Assembly: GCA_012839865.1 (NCBI GenBank)
Contig: DUMO01000001.1
Location: forward strand, 1 to 32,400
Direction: 5' to 3'
Source: Clostridiaceae bacterium
Lineage (GTDB): Bacteria > Bacillota > Clostridia > CAYPLH01 > DUMO01
Length of the DNA stretch: 32,400 nt
Shown here piece after piece: positions 1 to 9,036 of the stretch. The stretch's first letter is position 1, and each line of letters opens with the position of its first letter. Position numbers and translations under genes: made by a program. The notes beneath the pieces were generated by a model. It saw only the letters and a list, made by a program, of their open reading frames with translations, ran no database searches and was not told the origin of the DNA.

Positions 1-306
1 TTAATGACGTTTAACTTTCTTATCCATCGCTTTCCCAAGACTATACCAGGAATCCCTCAGCTTGAATCTTAAATCCCTGTCCATCGTACGTTCGATAATA
101 TCATTCAGTCTTTTTCTCATGTCAATGTACTCAAGGATATTAAACTCTTCCTTTTTCAAAAGCTCATCCATGTCATCAATCCAACTGTTAATGTGCTCAG
201 AGCCAATAAAATCCTCGGGCAATTTCCTCTTCAAGTGGGAAATTACCAATTTAATTGCCTTTCTTTTAACATCAGCATCTGTTTGTATCTTCTTCATTCT
301 GGCCAT
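1..306 (-). CDS. Small hypothetical protein (101 aa)
   Basis: Complete ORF with charged, helical-looking sequence; RBS-like GGGAG upstream of the ATG; no family recognised. Confidence 0.75.
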   Translation of the reverse strand: MARMKKIQTDADVKRKAIKLVISHLKRKLPEDFIGSEHINSWIDDMDELLKKEEFNILEYIDMRKRLNDIIERTMDRDLRFKLRDSWYSLGKAMDKKVKRH

Positions 307-598
307 TCTTAAAACACTCCCTACAGCAAATATTGTAGTAAAGCATATAGTATTGCAATGCAGATACTATAAACCGGTTCATACTAGCGAAATTAAAATG
401 TGTCTGGGATAGCATGGATTTTTCAGCTTTAACATATTATAACATATTTTTTAAAGAATATCTATATCTTGTTCTTAAAATGATAATTAATAATAAATTC
501 TATTGTAAATTCCAACCTGTCCGATTTGCTTTTAAAGAAGTTCTTTTTGCACAGGTAAAATTAATCTGATGTGCTGTCAGGATTACAAGCAAAAATAC

Positions 599-716
599 GC
601 AAATCTTAAGATTGACAAGCATGTGTTTTATTTGTTGGTCAATATAGGCCTTCATCCCGGTGACCAAAGTCTGGTTTTAAGGTCAAAACCAATAGGCCTG
701 TTATCTTAAGATTTGC
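599..716. repeat. 118-bp intergenic element bounded by a perfect 14-bp inverted repeat
   Basis: GCAAATCTTAAGAT (599-612) is the reverse complement of ATCTTAAGATTTGC (703-716); internal hairpins TTGGTCA/TGACCAA and GGTTTT/AAAACC. Confidence 0.6.
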
Positions 717-786
717 CGTGCTTTGGTGATGAGTCAAAGAATTTTGAAATAACTAGCAGTACAAACTTCAAACCACAAACATACAC

Positions 787-1935
787 TTAATACAGTATTA
801 ATTCTTTCCCATCCAGTCTTGATTTGTCCAAAGAATCCTCCAATGCAGCAGGAACCGTTATTTTATCAGGGTTGCCGTCACTGATGTACTGTTCCTCCCT
901 GGACAGGTTGTCAAGCCACCAGTTAAGATCAAAGTCTACGGGGAAAAACCCCGGTGCCCTTACCCTGTTTAGCGAAAGGGGGTTAAAATCCTTATTAACC
1001 GGTGAATAGGTCGGATTCCAGCCAACTCTCAATACCGTCCGGTTATGATATTCAACATCCTCATATTCTCCCCCGTATACGAAATTCTGCAACTCTGTCC
1101 TTGCATTATTGCCAAAGGGAAGCGCAAGGGTGTCCAGGCTGTAGCCGGCAACCAGCTCACTCATCTTTTTCTGATTGCCCCCCACCTCGGCGATAATCTT
1201 CTCTTCACCGGCCTCATACAAATCAATATGTGTAAGTGTGTGGTTGCCAATTTCGAATCCCATATCGATTAAATAATTCAGCCTTTCAGCAAGTGTTCCC
1301 TTGCCAAGGAAAGTGTTTGTGCCAAGGTTGACATAAAAAGTTCCTGCAAGTCCGAAATCAGGGTGCTCCTTGTAGAACTTCTCCATTATTCCAACGGCGG
1401 AATTGGGATTCACCTTCAGTTCCCCATTTTCCTCAATCAGGTTGAACTGACCGCTTGAACCATCGTCAAAAGTAAATATAATTGGTATGAATCCCGGAGC
1501 CACTTTAATATTATTGTCCAGAAAATCCCGGAGGGATATTAACCTATAGCCTTTATTGTACAATGTTTCAAGAAGGTTTTCAAAGTCTTTGAATGTAATT
1601 ACAAATTGCCCGTCGTCTGACGCTGACGGGGTGAAACTTTCCACAAACCTGTGAAACATCACTATCATTACCCTGCCTGCTTCATTGGGCTTGATTTCAT
1701 AAATATCAATTGTTTCTGAAGGCGCAGGTGAAGGATTTGAGGAAAAATCAGATTCAGATCCGGATTCTCTTGTTTCTTCCTTTGCTCTATCATTTCCTTC
1801 TTCTGTTATTTTTTCCCTGCTGTCATTTGCATCTTCATTACTGCCACTTGAATTCCGGCCACCCGGCTGCAATTTTCCACAACCTGACAAAAGTAAAAAA
1901 ACCATGGTTAGTATAATCGCAAGTGCTTTTTTCAT
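787..1935 (-). CDS. Polysaccharide deacetylase (CE4/NodB fold) lipoprotein
   Basis: Lipobox LLLSGC after a basic/hydrophobic signal; low-complexity S/E/P linker; TFDDG, GNHTLTH and LPFG motifs. Start moved to the ATG at 1935 (AGGAG RBS). Confidence 0.85.
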   Translation of the reverse strand: MKKALAIILTMVFLLLSGCGKLQPGGRNSSGSNEDANDSREKITEEGNDRAKEETRESGSESDFSSNPSPAPSETIDIYEIKPNEAGRVMIVMFHRFVESFTPSASDDGQFVITFKDFENLLETLYNKGYRLISLRDFLDNNIKVAPGFIPIIFTFDDGSSGQFNLIEENGELKVNPNSAVGIMEKFYKEHPDFGLAGTFYVNLGTNTFLGKGTLAERLNYLIDMGFEIGNHTLTHIDLYEAGEEKIIAEVGGNQKKMSELVAGYSLDTLALPFGNNARTELQNFVYGGEYEDVEYHNRTVLRVGWNPTYSPVNKDFNPLSLNRVRAPGFFPVDFDLNWWLDNLSREEQYISDGNPDKITVPAALEDSLDKSRLDGKELILY

Positions 1936-1971
1936 TTGTTTTCTCCTCACATATAATTTTGACTTTTCCTG

Positions 1972-2496
1972 CTAGAACTCAATTCCCTTCCTTGCCTTGA
2001 TTCCTTTTTCCATCGGATGCTTTACTTCACCGATTTGTGACACATAATCAGCCTTTTCAATCAGTTCGGGGGGAGCATTTCTGCCGGTCAGGACCAATTC
2101 AAGCTCATGAGGCTTGTTGTCTATAAAGTCAATCATCGCTTTTAAATCAAGAAGGCCATTTTCAATTGCACCCAGCATTTCATCAAGTATCAAAAGATCA
2201 AAAGACCTTTCCCGGACACTGTTGATTGCATAGTTGAAGCATTCCTCAACTGCTTCCTTCAGCAACTCTTTCTCTTCTTCATTCATCATCCAGAAAAAGC
2301 CTTTCACCTTACCGGACCTGTAAATTTGAAAACCGGGCAGATTGGATAAAGCATGAATTTCTCCGCTGTCGGTACTTTTTAAAAATTGAACCATCAGAAC
2401 CTTCAGACCCCTGCCGCAGGCTCTGACTCCAAGCCCCACGGCCGCAGTTGTTTTGCCCTTTCCTTTTCCCATGTAAATATGAACAAGGCCTTTCAA
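1972..2496 (-). CDS. cobO: Cob(I)yrinic acid a,c-diamide adenosyltransferase (CobO/BtuR family)
   Basis: GLVHIYMGKGKGKTTAAVG P-loop, VQFLK, LILDE, ELVLTGR, KHP...GIKARKGIEF. Confidence 0.93.
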   Translation of the reverse strand: MKGLVHIYMGKGKGKTTAAVGLGVRACGRGLKVLMVQFLKSTDSGEIHALSNLPGFQIYRSGKVKGFFWMMNEEEKELLKEAVEECFNYAINSVRERSFDLLILDEMLGAIENGLLDLKAMIDFIDNKPHELELVLTGRNAPPELIEKADYVSQIGEVKHPMEKGIKARKGIEF

Positions 2497-2857
2497 TGTA
2501 CATACCTTCTTTCTTTTTCTACACCTAAAATTATATCTTATGCAACATATTCCAACAATTCTCGTTATTCAGGATTCAACTGTTATTTAGTATAAATAGC
2601 CTTCTATAATTTCAAATTATTTAATTTTAATCATTAATGCTTTTTTTGAATATTGGATCATGTCTTTATAGCATTCAGGCGGCAAGTTCCAGCAGTAAAA
2701 GCCGGTAGTACTGTTGTTTGACATTTTTTAAAATCAAACCTGGAGAAAAAAAGTTCGACTATTGAATAATTTGCTGTTATCGTAGAAAAACTATAATGAG
2801 AAAATTTTGTAAATGGACACAAATAAATGCATTAATTTTATGAAACGAGGTGAAACT

Positions 2858-2989
2858 GTGGCAAAAAAGAAAAACAAAATGAAAAAAGCCAGGCAGAATA
2901 CTGAATTCTCAAACGAACTGAACACCGCTAATCCAAATGAAAACCAGCAATGTCAGGACAAAAAAAACAAGCAGGGTAAAAACTGCTAA
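2858..2989 (+). CDS. Uncalled 43-aa N/Q/K-rich peptide (SASP-like)
   Basis: GAGGTG RBS then GTG at 2858; MAKKKNKMKKARQNTEFSNELNTANPNENQQCQDKKNKQGKNC*; followed by a strong terminator. Below the ORF-track length cut-off. Confidence 0.65.
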   Translation: MAKKKNKMKKARQNTEFSNELNTANPNENQQCQDKKNKQGKNC

Positions 2990-3021
2990 ATGCCTGGTTC
3001 TACATCGTTTGCGTCATTATT

Positions 3022-3058
3022 AATAAGGGAACACCCGAATATTGGGTGTTCCCTTATT
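3022..3058. terminator. Bidirectional intrinsic terminator
   Basis: Perfect 15-bp stem AATAAGGGAACACCC / GGGTGTTCCCTTATT with a 7-nt loop, between convergent genes. Confidence 0.8.
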
Positions 3059-3159
3059 TCAGTGACGTACTCCTGCTGTATAAGAGACGGGGCTTCCTGG
3101 TACGTCGACAAAAATACGAATACTTGCTCAATAAATATAGTCAGGACATGGGGTTACTT

Positions 3160-3957
3160 TCATTCTCCCAATATAAATTTACTTATTACATGGGCAACCC
3201 CATCCTCATCATTTGAAAGGGTTACAAAATCCGCCGACTCTTTTATGTCATCCGGAGCGTTGCCCATTGCTACTCCCAATCCTGCATACTTGATCATAGA
3301 CAGGTCATTATACCCGTCACCGACTGCAATCATTTCTTCACGGCTGATACCGAAATGCTCCCCGAGCTTTTCCATTGCAATGGCCTTTGATGCCCTTTTA
3401 TCAACAAATTCCAGGAAGTAGGGTCTGGAAGTATGGTAGTTTACATCACCGGAAATGAAGCTTCCGACTATATCTTTATATTTATTAATAAGTTCAACCT
3501 CATCATACCACAAAATTTTTGTAGCACCATTTTTAAAAATTTCGGCATTTTCAAAAGCTTCAGGTTCAACACCAGAAATAGTGCTGTATTTTTCAGCCTT
3601 TTCATTTAATGGATTGGCAAAAAGCCTGTCTTCATCCCATACCATTATCGAAGTTCCAAACTTCTGCCCAAGCTCAACAATTGTTTTGACATCATTAAAA
3701 GAAAGCTTCTTTTCATACAATATTTCTCTTGATTCTCCCATAACAACCTTTGCACCGTTATAAGTTATAACAGGAAAATTCAATCCCAAAGCCCGTATTA
3801 TTTCTTGAACTCCTTGAACCGGCCGGCCTGTTGACAATGTAAAAATCAGGCCTTTCTCTACACCACGCCTTACAGTATCAATTGTATATTTCGTGAGAAC
3901 ATCATTATTGTCCAGTAAAGTACCGTCAATGTCCACTGCCATAAGTTTGTAAGCCAT
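3160..3957 (-). CDS. Cof-type HAD-IIB family hydrolase
   Basis: DIDGT motif I, STGR motif II, EFVDKRASK, GDGYNDLSM motif IV. Start reassigned to the ATG at 3957 (GGGGG RBS). Confidence 0.92.
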   Translation of the reverse strand: MAYKLMAVDIDGTLLDNNDVLTKYTIDTVRRGVEKGLIFTLSTGRPVQGVQEIIRALGLNFPVITYNGAKVVMGESREILYEKKLSFNDVKTIVELGQKFGTSIMVWDEDRLFANPLNEKAEKYSTISGVEPEAFENAEIFKNGATKILWYDEVELINKYKDIVGSFISGDVNYHTSRPYFLEFVDKRASKAIAMEKLGEHFGISREEMIAVGDGYNDLSMIKYAGLGVAMGNAPDDIKESADFVTLSNDEDGVAHVISKFILGE

Positions 3958-4059
3958 CTTTTCATTCCCCTTTTTGTAATCTCCACAATATTGTATAATA
4001 AAAGCTATGACGGGTCGAGCATAATTTTTAGGGTACTCGCGGAAACTGGAGGAAATATT

Positions 4060-5589
4060 TTGGCAAGAGAAAAGATTGGTTTTTACAGCGTAGATGTAAT
4101 ACTGGACAAGGAACAAAAGCCATGGCTTATTGAGATAAACGGGTGCAACAGCGGTTTCAACGGTTTTTTCTCAGCTTACGGTAATTTTGAACTTCAGGAA
4201 AGAATTATTTCTGCTTTCAATGAGTTTGCAGGCAACAGGCAGATTTACGTGGTGACTCACCTTGCAACTAACGGGGAGTTTCCGCCTGATTTTTTGGACA
4301 AGCTGATAAAGGATCTTTTATTCTACAGGGGTTCGCCAAAGCTGGGACTGCACCCTGGCCTGGGAACCTCGGGCATGCAATGGAACAGGATGAGAGGCGA
4401 AAAAGAGGTTGGAAACAGCAATTCATCCATAGATACATTTTACGGACACGAAAAGTTTAAAAAGGTTTTTCTTAATGCTCAGGACCCCACGTATGTATTA
4501 CCGGTGGAATACTTTGATGAAAAACACATCTTCGGTGCTTTTTACCTGAAAAAAAACATTACCGGCAGCATCACCGTCCCTTCCCTTTCAGAAAACGATA
4601 TTATATGGTACAGGTGTCCGTCGGTGGCATATTCCAGGCAGCCGGATTGCATCGAAATAAACCCGGAGTATCCCGATGAAGCAGTTGCGGATAATAAATT
4701 CTTTACCTATGAATTACTGAAAGACAAATTTGCCGATAACATTCCAAAGTACCTGCCTGTAGGAAACCTTTGCTCAGGCTCCTCCAAGGTCAGGGAATTT
4801 TTGCAAAGTTCCGGAGGCCGCCTGTTTATTAAAAAACCCTTGGCAGGGACCAAGGCCAGGGGCATAGACATAACCTTAAGACAGGATCTCGAAGATTATC
4901 TGCGGCGCATTGAAGCTCTTGAGTCAATGAAAATCCAGAGCCTTCCGCCAGAGTTGAAGGGTGTACCCTGGCTTTTAGCCGGTGGGGTTCTTGGAAACGA
5001 TCTGAGCCTGTTAAGCGAGGTTATACAGTCCCGGCCTGTATATTGCCGCTTAACCGAGCGGAACCACTTTGGATGCATCAGAGCCCTTCTTATGGTCAAA
5101 GAAGAAAGCTTCGGCAATAGATTTGTGAAATTTTTGGGAGCTTATTGGAGGTTGGCTCCCATGCCAATCGACAGTGATGCATTTTTAAGGGAAAGATATG
5201 TAGGAAGCTTTTCCCAGGGTTCCTTTTGTGAACCAGTATCACAGGAAGAAACGCAAATTGTGGAGGATTTTTCAATCTCTGTTATAAATGATTTTATAAC
5301 CAAATTGAAAGGCTTTCCCAATGACAGAAGACAATTTGAGGGGTGGGAGGAAAACTACTGGAGCAATAAATACTATAAAGAGTGCAAATTACTTGGTGAT
5401 AAAAAGATTTCTGAAAGCTTTAAAAAGGAAATTGAACACTCACGGGCGGTATTGCAGGAAGCAAAGGAAAAGGCTGAAAAAATGGGTTTTTGCAGAAATC
5501 CCATGAATGTTTTGTCCAGGGAGCAGGTAATTGCAGGAAACTATGCTTACCTTATTGCGCAACCTGAAAGAATCGTTATTGAAAAATAA
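4060..5589 (+). CDS. ATP-grasp-like protein with apparently circularly permuted motif order (509 aa)
   Basis: GGAGG RBS then TTG at 4060; N-terminal SVDVILDKEQKPWLIEIN; central ADNKFFTYELL and FIKKPLAGTKARGI; later SEVIQS and CIRALL. Confidence 0.65.
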   Translation: MAREKIGFYSVDVILDKEQKPWLIEINGCNSGFNGFFSAYGNFELQERIISAFNEFAGNRQIYVVTHLATNGEFPPDFLDKLIKDLLFYRGSPKLGLHPGLGTSGMQWNRMRGEKEVGNSNSSIDTFYGHEKFKKVFLNAQDPTYVLPVEYFDEKHIFGAFYLKKNITGSITVPSLSENDIIWYRCPSVAYSRQPDCIEINPEYPDEAVADNKFFTYELLKDKFADNIPKYLPVGNLCSGSSKVREFLQSSGGRLFIKKPLAGTKARGIDITLRQDLEDYLRRIEALESMKIQSLPPELKGVPWLLAGGVLGNDLSLLSEVIQSRPVYCRLTERNHFGCIRALLMVKEESFGNRFVKFLGAYWRLAPMPIDSDAFLRERYVGSFSQGSFCEPVSQEETQIVEDFSISVINDFITKLKGFPNDRRQFEGWEENYWSNKYYKECKLLGDKKISESFKKEIEHSRAVLQEAKEKAEKMGFCRNPMNVLSREQVIAGNYAYLIAQPERIVIEK

Positions 5590-5701
5590 ACCATACAGCT
5601 TGATTTGCTCACAAAAACACATTTATTTAAAAAATAACAGGCTCAATAAAAGGAAAAATATTGAACCGTTGAAGCGCTGAATTATTCAAAGGGGGATCAA
5701 C

Positions 5702-6208
5702 ATGGATGCAAAATATTTTGCTGAATTGGCTGTAAAATTGGGTGCCGATCATGCGGTGCCATTCAAAATCGAAGACATAACTTTTGACGACAGGACAATT
5801 TTAAAATGCATGTTTGGCTGTGGTGACTGGGGAAAAGGGCATACCTGCCCTTCAAGGCCAAATTCGCTGAAACCGTGGGAATACAGGAAAGTATTTGAGC
5901 GATACTCATGGGGAATTATAATACATTCCACAGATAAGAAAATATCCCAGGATGTATCTTTTGAAATAGAGCGGGAGGCATTTCTGAAAGGATATTACTT
6001 TGCCTTTTCATTAAGTGATTGCGCCGTATGCAACAAATGCGCCGGGTTTGAGAATCTGGAATGCCGCAATAAAAGAAAAGCAAGACCTGCATTCCACAGC
6101 GTAGGGATTGATGTATTCAAAACCGTTAGAAAATTCAACCTGCCCATCGACACCCTAAAGTGCCCGGAAGACACCCAAAATTGGTATTCGGCAGTATTTA
6201 TTGAATGA
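5702..6208 (+). CDS. DUF2284-like Cys-rich predicted metal-binding protein
   Basis: KCMFGCGDWG...CP, CAVCNKC...C, KARPAFHSVGIDVFKT pattern; GGGGG RBS. Confidence 0.8.
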   Translation: MDAKYFAELAVKLGADHAVPFKIEDITFDDRTILKCMFGCGDWGKGHTCPSRPNSLKPWEYRKVFERYSWGIIIHSTDKKISQDVSFEIEREAFLKGYYFAFSLSDCAVCNKCAGFENLECRNKRKARPAFHSVGIDVFKTVRKFNLPIDTLKCPEDTQNWYSAVFIE

Positions 6209-6323
6209 GGTGCGGCAATAAAAAATTGCATTTTACTTAAACACAGCAATGGCATAATACACCTGAAAATAAAATTTATTTAACAGTCTGTTTAAAATTT
6301 CATTTAAACATCGCAGTCAGTTT

Positions 6324-6518
6324 AAAAAGGGCAACAGCTCTATTGCAGCTTTTGCAGCGAGGCTTAGGAAAACACAGTTTAAAATGCCTTGGAGCCTTAG
6401 TAATGTCCGCGTGTTTGAGCAGAGCGAGTTCGCGGAATTACTTAGGTGACAAGGCATTTTAAACTGGCTGTTTTCCTTGCCGATGCTGTACTGCTGCAAT
6501 AGAGCTGTTGTCCTTTTT
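6324..6518. repeat. ~195-bp nested palindromic element, copy 1 (MITE/REP-like or structured RNA)
   Basis: Terminal IR AAAAAGG(G/A)CAACAGCTCTATTGCAGC, inner IR GTTTAAAATGCCTTG/CAAGGCATTTTAAAC, innermost arms around CCGCG/CGCGG; ~92% identical to the reverse complement of 9037-9229 (manual alignment). Confidence 0.88.
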
Positions 6519-6543
6519 TAGAGTTGAAATTTAAAACAGTCTG

Positions 6544-8307
6544 TTAATTATTTTGTGTGTCGCTGTTTGCCACGACCCATTCCTGATAGTTCTCATGCAA
6601 TTTAAGATTCCTGTACAACACATTCCAAACTTCTGCGGTCTCAAAGGTCTTGCTCCAGCTTGCTGTCCCGGCGAGTTTATATTTATGGACAAGAGACGAT
6701 TTCAAGTTGATTGAAGTTTCATCCTCCAGCCAGATTTTATAAACCGCTTCGTCTTTTTTATATTGTGCATAGTATTGACCGCTTACACTGTCCCACTCAA
6801 TCTGAGCATCATTTTCCTGAATGAGTTCATAGGCCCGCTGCATGGCTACAACACCCGGACTTGTAACCCTGAAAATTCCGTTTTCGTCGATTCCTTCCTT
6901 CCAGACCCTTACATAAAAAGGCAAACCCAGAAGCAGTTTTTCCCTTGGCACAAGATCAAGCATTCTTTTAATATTTTTTTCCACCCATGTCAATTGAGCC
7001 ACCGAACCTGCTACAGGAGAAGTCGCCCAGTGCTGGTCATATGTCATGACCATTATGTAATCCACCACTTCTGCAAAAGCCTCCCTGTCATAGCAAAGGG
7101 AGTAGTTTTCGCTTCCGTCGGGAACTCCCACGTCAATGGATACCACAAGGCCCTGCTCCTTGAATAAGGGAGTTGCTTCCCTGACGAACTGTGTCAAAGC
7201 ATCTTTGTTTCGCATGTAAACATTCTCAAAATCAATGTTAATGCCGTCAAGCTCATATAAAGCTGCATAAGCCAAAAGCTGCTTTATCAGATTATCCCTT
7301 GCCTCGGTGCTGTTTAGAAGTTTTTCGGTATTATCCGGATTTTTAAATTCATTTTGCAAAAGAGCCCATACCTGATAACCAAGCGCATGGGCCCTGTCGA
7401 TATATACCTTGTCACAACGGTTTAAAACATCGCCATTTTCGTTTATTACTTCAAAAAATGTAGGTGAGAGTACATCAAGGCCTTCTATTTTTGTCACTTC
7501 AGGCCTCTTTCCATAAGTCATTTCCCAGACCAGATTCAGTTTGCCCTTTTCAGGCTTCCATTCAGGTTCATATGATTTTCTCACGGGTAACTCGTTAACC
7601 AGGAGTTTTTTTATAACAACATGCTTGCTTTCAATGTAACCGATTATGCCATCCGACGTTCTTACCTTGTACCAGCCATCATATGTTTCAAAAACCCTCA
7701 AAAGATTGTCTTCCTGTTTTTCGGTATTGAGGTTGAACTTCTTAAGTACCGGGTACCTGATGGACTTTCCTTTCCTGACACATGCCTCGGAGCTTATGGG
7801 CTCCGCAATTTCCCTTATGCTGTTTCTATAGTCGATAATAATGACATTATTGCTTTTGACGCGATTTATCTCGATATTGTAATATTCACTCAAAAAATCA
7901 ATCGGTATATATACAACACCGTTATCTATTTGAGCCGGTATGTTTAGCTTTATGGGCTCATTGTTAACCAGGGCGTCAAGGTTGTCCGTTCTCATTCTGA
8001 TTACCCTGTTGCCGGTTGTGATTGTAACAACCTTAAGCTCTTCATCCCACCAAATATACGGGTCAAAATACTTTCTTACTGTCTCGATAGGCAAAAGTAT
8101 TTCCTCGTCAATAATTTTAGGAGGTGATGCCATAGTGACATGCTCCCCCTCCACTACGAGGTTAAGGGTTCCTTCTGCAAAAGCTGGAACTACACTGCTG
8201 TTTGGCACAAAATAGTAACGGTACAGCGCTGCCGTTGGAATTGCCATACCTGCTATTGCCGCCAGTATAAGTATAATTGCAAATAATGTTATCAGAAAAC
8301 TTCTCAA
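6544..8307 (-). CDS. Glycoside hydrolase family 18 protein with N-terminal TM/signal, copper-amine-oxidase-N-like domain and SH3b domain (probably spore/cell-wall associated)
   Basis: Catalytic LDGINIDFE (DxxDxDxE type), VMTYDQH, LLGLPFY, SW near the C-terminus; SH3b-like DGWYKVRTSDGIIGYI. TTG at 8307 has a GGGGG RBS (ORF extends to 8337). Confidence 0.85.
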   Translation of the reverse strand: MRSFLITLFAIILILAAIAGMAIPTAALYRYYFVPNSSVVPAFAEGTLNLVVEGEHVTMASPPKIIDEEILLPIETVRKYFDPYIWWDEELKVVTITTGNRVIRMRTDNLDALVNNEPIKLNIPAQIDNGVVYIPIDFLSEYYNIEINRVKSNNVIIIDYRNSIREIAEPISSEACVRKGKSIRYPVLKKFNLNTEKQEDNLLRVFETYDGWYKVRTSDGIIGYIESKHVVIKKLLVNELPVRKSYEPEWKPEKGKLNLVWEMTYGKRPEVTKIEGLDVLSPTFFEVINENGDVLNRCDKVYIDRAHALGYQVWALLQNEFKNPDNTEKLLNSTEARDNLIKQLLAYAALYELDGINIDFENVYMRNKDALTQFVREATPLFKEQGLVVSIDVGVPDGSENYSLCYDREAFAEVVDYIMVMTYDQHWATSPVAGSVAQLTWVEKNIKRMLDLVPREKLLLGLPFYVRVWKEGIDENGIFRVTSPGVVAMQRAYELIQENDAQIEWDSVSGQYYAQYKKDEAVYKIWLEDETSINLKSSLVHKYKLAGTASWSKTFETAEVWNVLYRNLKLHENYQEWVVANSDTQNN

Positions 8308-8367
8308 ATGATTAAACCCCCAGAAAATCCTCAACAAAATACAGGTAAGCTTTCAGGTTATTAAATT

Positions 8368-8871
8368 TTATTTGAATATCTTGCTTGGAATAAACAGTCT
8401 AAAAGCATTCAACATTTTCTCACTTGGTTCAAAATAAACAACGGTTCTCTCACCCTGAAAGTTTGTTACAAAGAAATAAACATCCTGAGATTCCATTGAT
8501 GAAACTGCTTCAATCCTTTTTGGAATATTCTGTATGCTCTGGGTATGCTGGCTGCTTTTCAGGGGTGCGAGAATTTCAAAATCCTTGCAGCTGCCGGAAA
8601 AAACCCTCTTTCTCCTGCTTCTTGCAATAATCTTGTCAATATCAATTTCACCATTGGTGACAGAATATTCAAACTCAATATTCCTGGATCTAATGAGAAG
8701 ATATGCTCCGTAAACCGCTCCTGCCATAAACACCAGCGGCATATAATTAATGTAAGGAATTGCCGGAATAATAAAAATCACAATAGCGCACAACAACACA
8801 ATTCCCACACTGAAAAGCAAATCCTTTGCCGTTTTTTTCCTCTCAACAATTTTTTCAATAAATGAATCCAT
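8368..8871 (-). CDS. Small membrane protein (two N-terminal TM helices, DUF6106-like)
   Basis: MDSFIEKIV start, two hydrophobic segments, IEFEYSVTNGEIDIDKII and FEP motifs; GGAGG RBS. Confidence 0.72.
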   Translation of the reverse strand: MDSFIEKIVERKKTAKDLLFSVGIVLLCAIVIFIIPAIPYINYMPLVFMAGAVYGAYLLIRSRNIEFEYSVTNGEIDIDKIIARSRRKRVFSGSCKDFEILAPLKSSQHTQSIQNIPKRIEAVSSMESQDVYFFVTNFQGERTVVYFEPSEKMLNAFRLFIPSKIFK

Positions 8872-9036
8872 TACCTGCCTCCCGAATCTGATTATGAAAA
8901 GTATCTTAACTGCTCTATTTATGAATACCTTTGTAAAGTATTATAACATAATTATAAACACATATCACCATTAAAGAAAAAAATACATGAGAGATTTGAT
9001 TGATGCCGGATATCGCTCTGAAAAGCAACTGCAGCT

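Noticed and set aside
2761..2775. 15-mer ATTGAATAATTTGCT repeated at 24925-24939
   Set aside because: An AT-rich 15-mer recurring once in 32 kb is plausible by chance; the second copy is explained by a -35 element.
2497..2800. Cobalamin riboswitch upstream of cobO
   Set aside because: No B12-box or GGGAA-type conserved elements visible.
3958..4116. N-terminal extensions of the HAD ORF (to 4116) and the ATP-grasp ORF (from 3991) implying overlapping divergent genes
   Set aside because: Better starts with RBS at 3957 (-) and 4060 (+) remove the overlap.
6317..6499. 60-aa ORF inside palindromic element copy 1
   Set aside because: Lies wholly within the hairpin repeat, has no clear RBS and no recognisable family; most likely a chance ORF.
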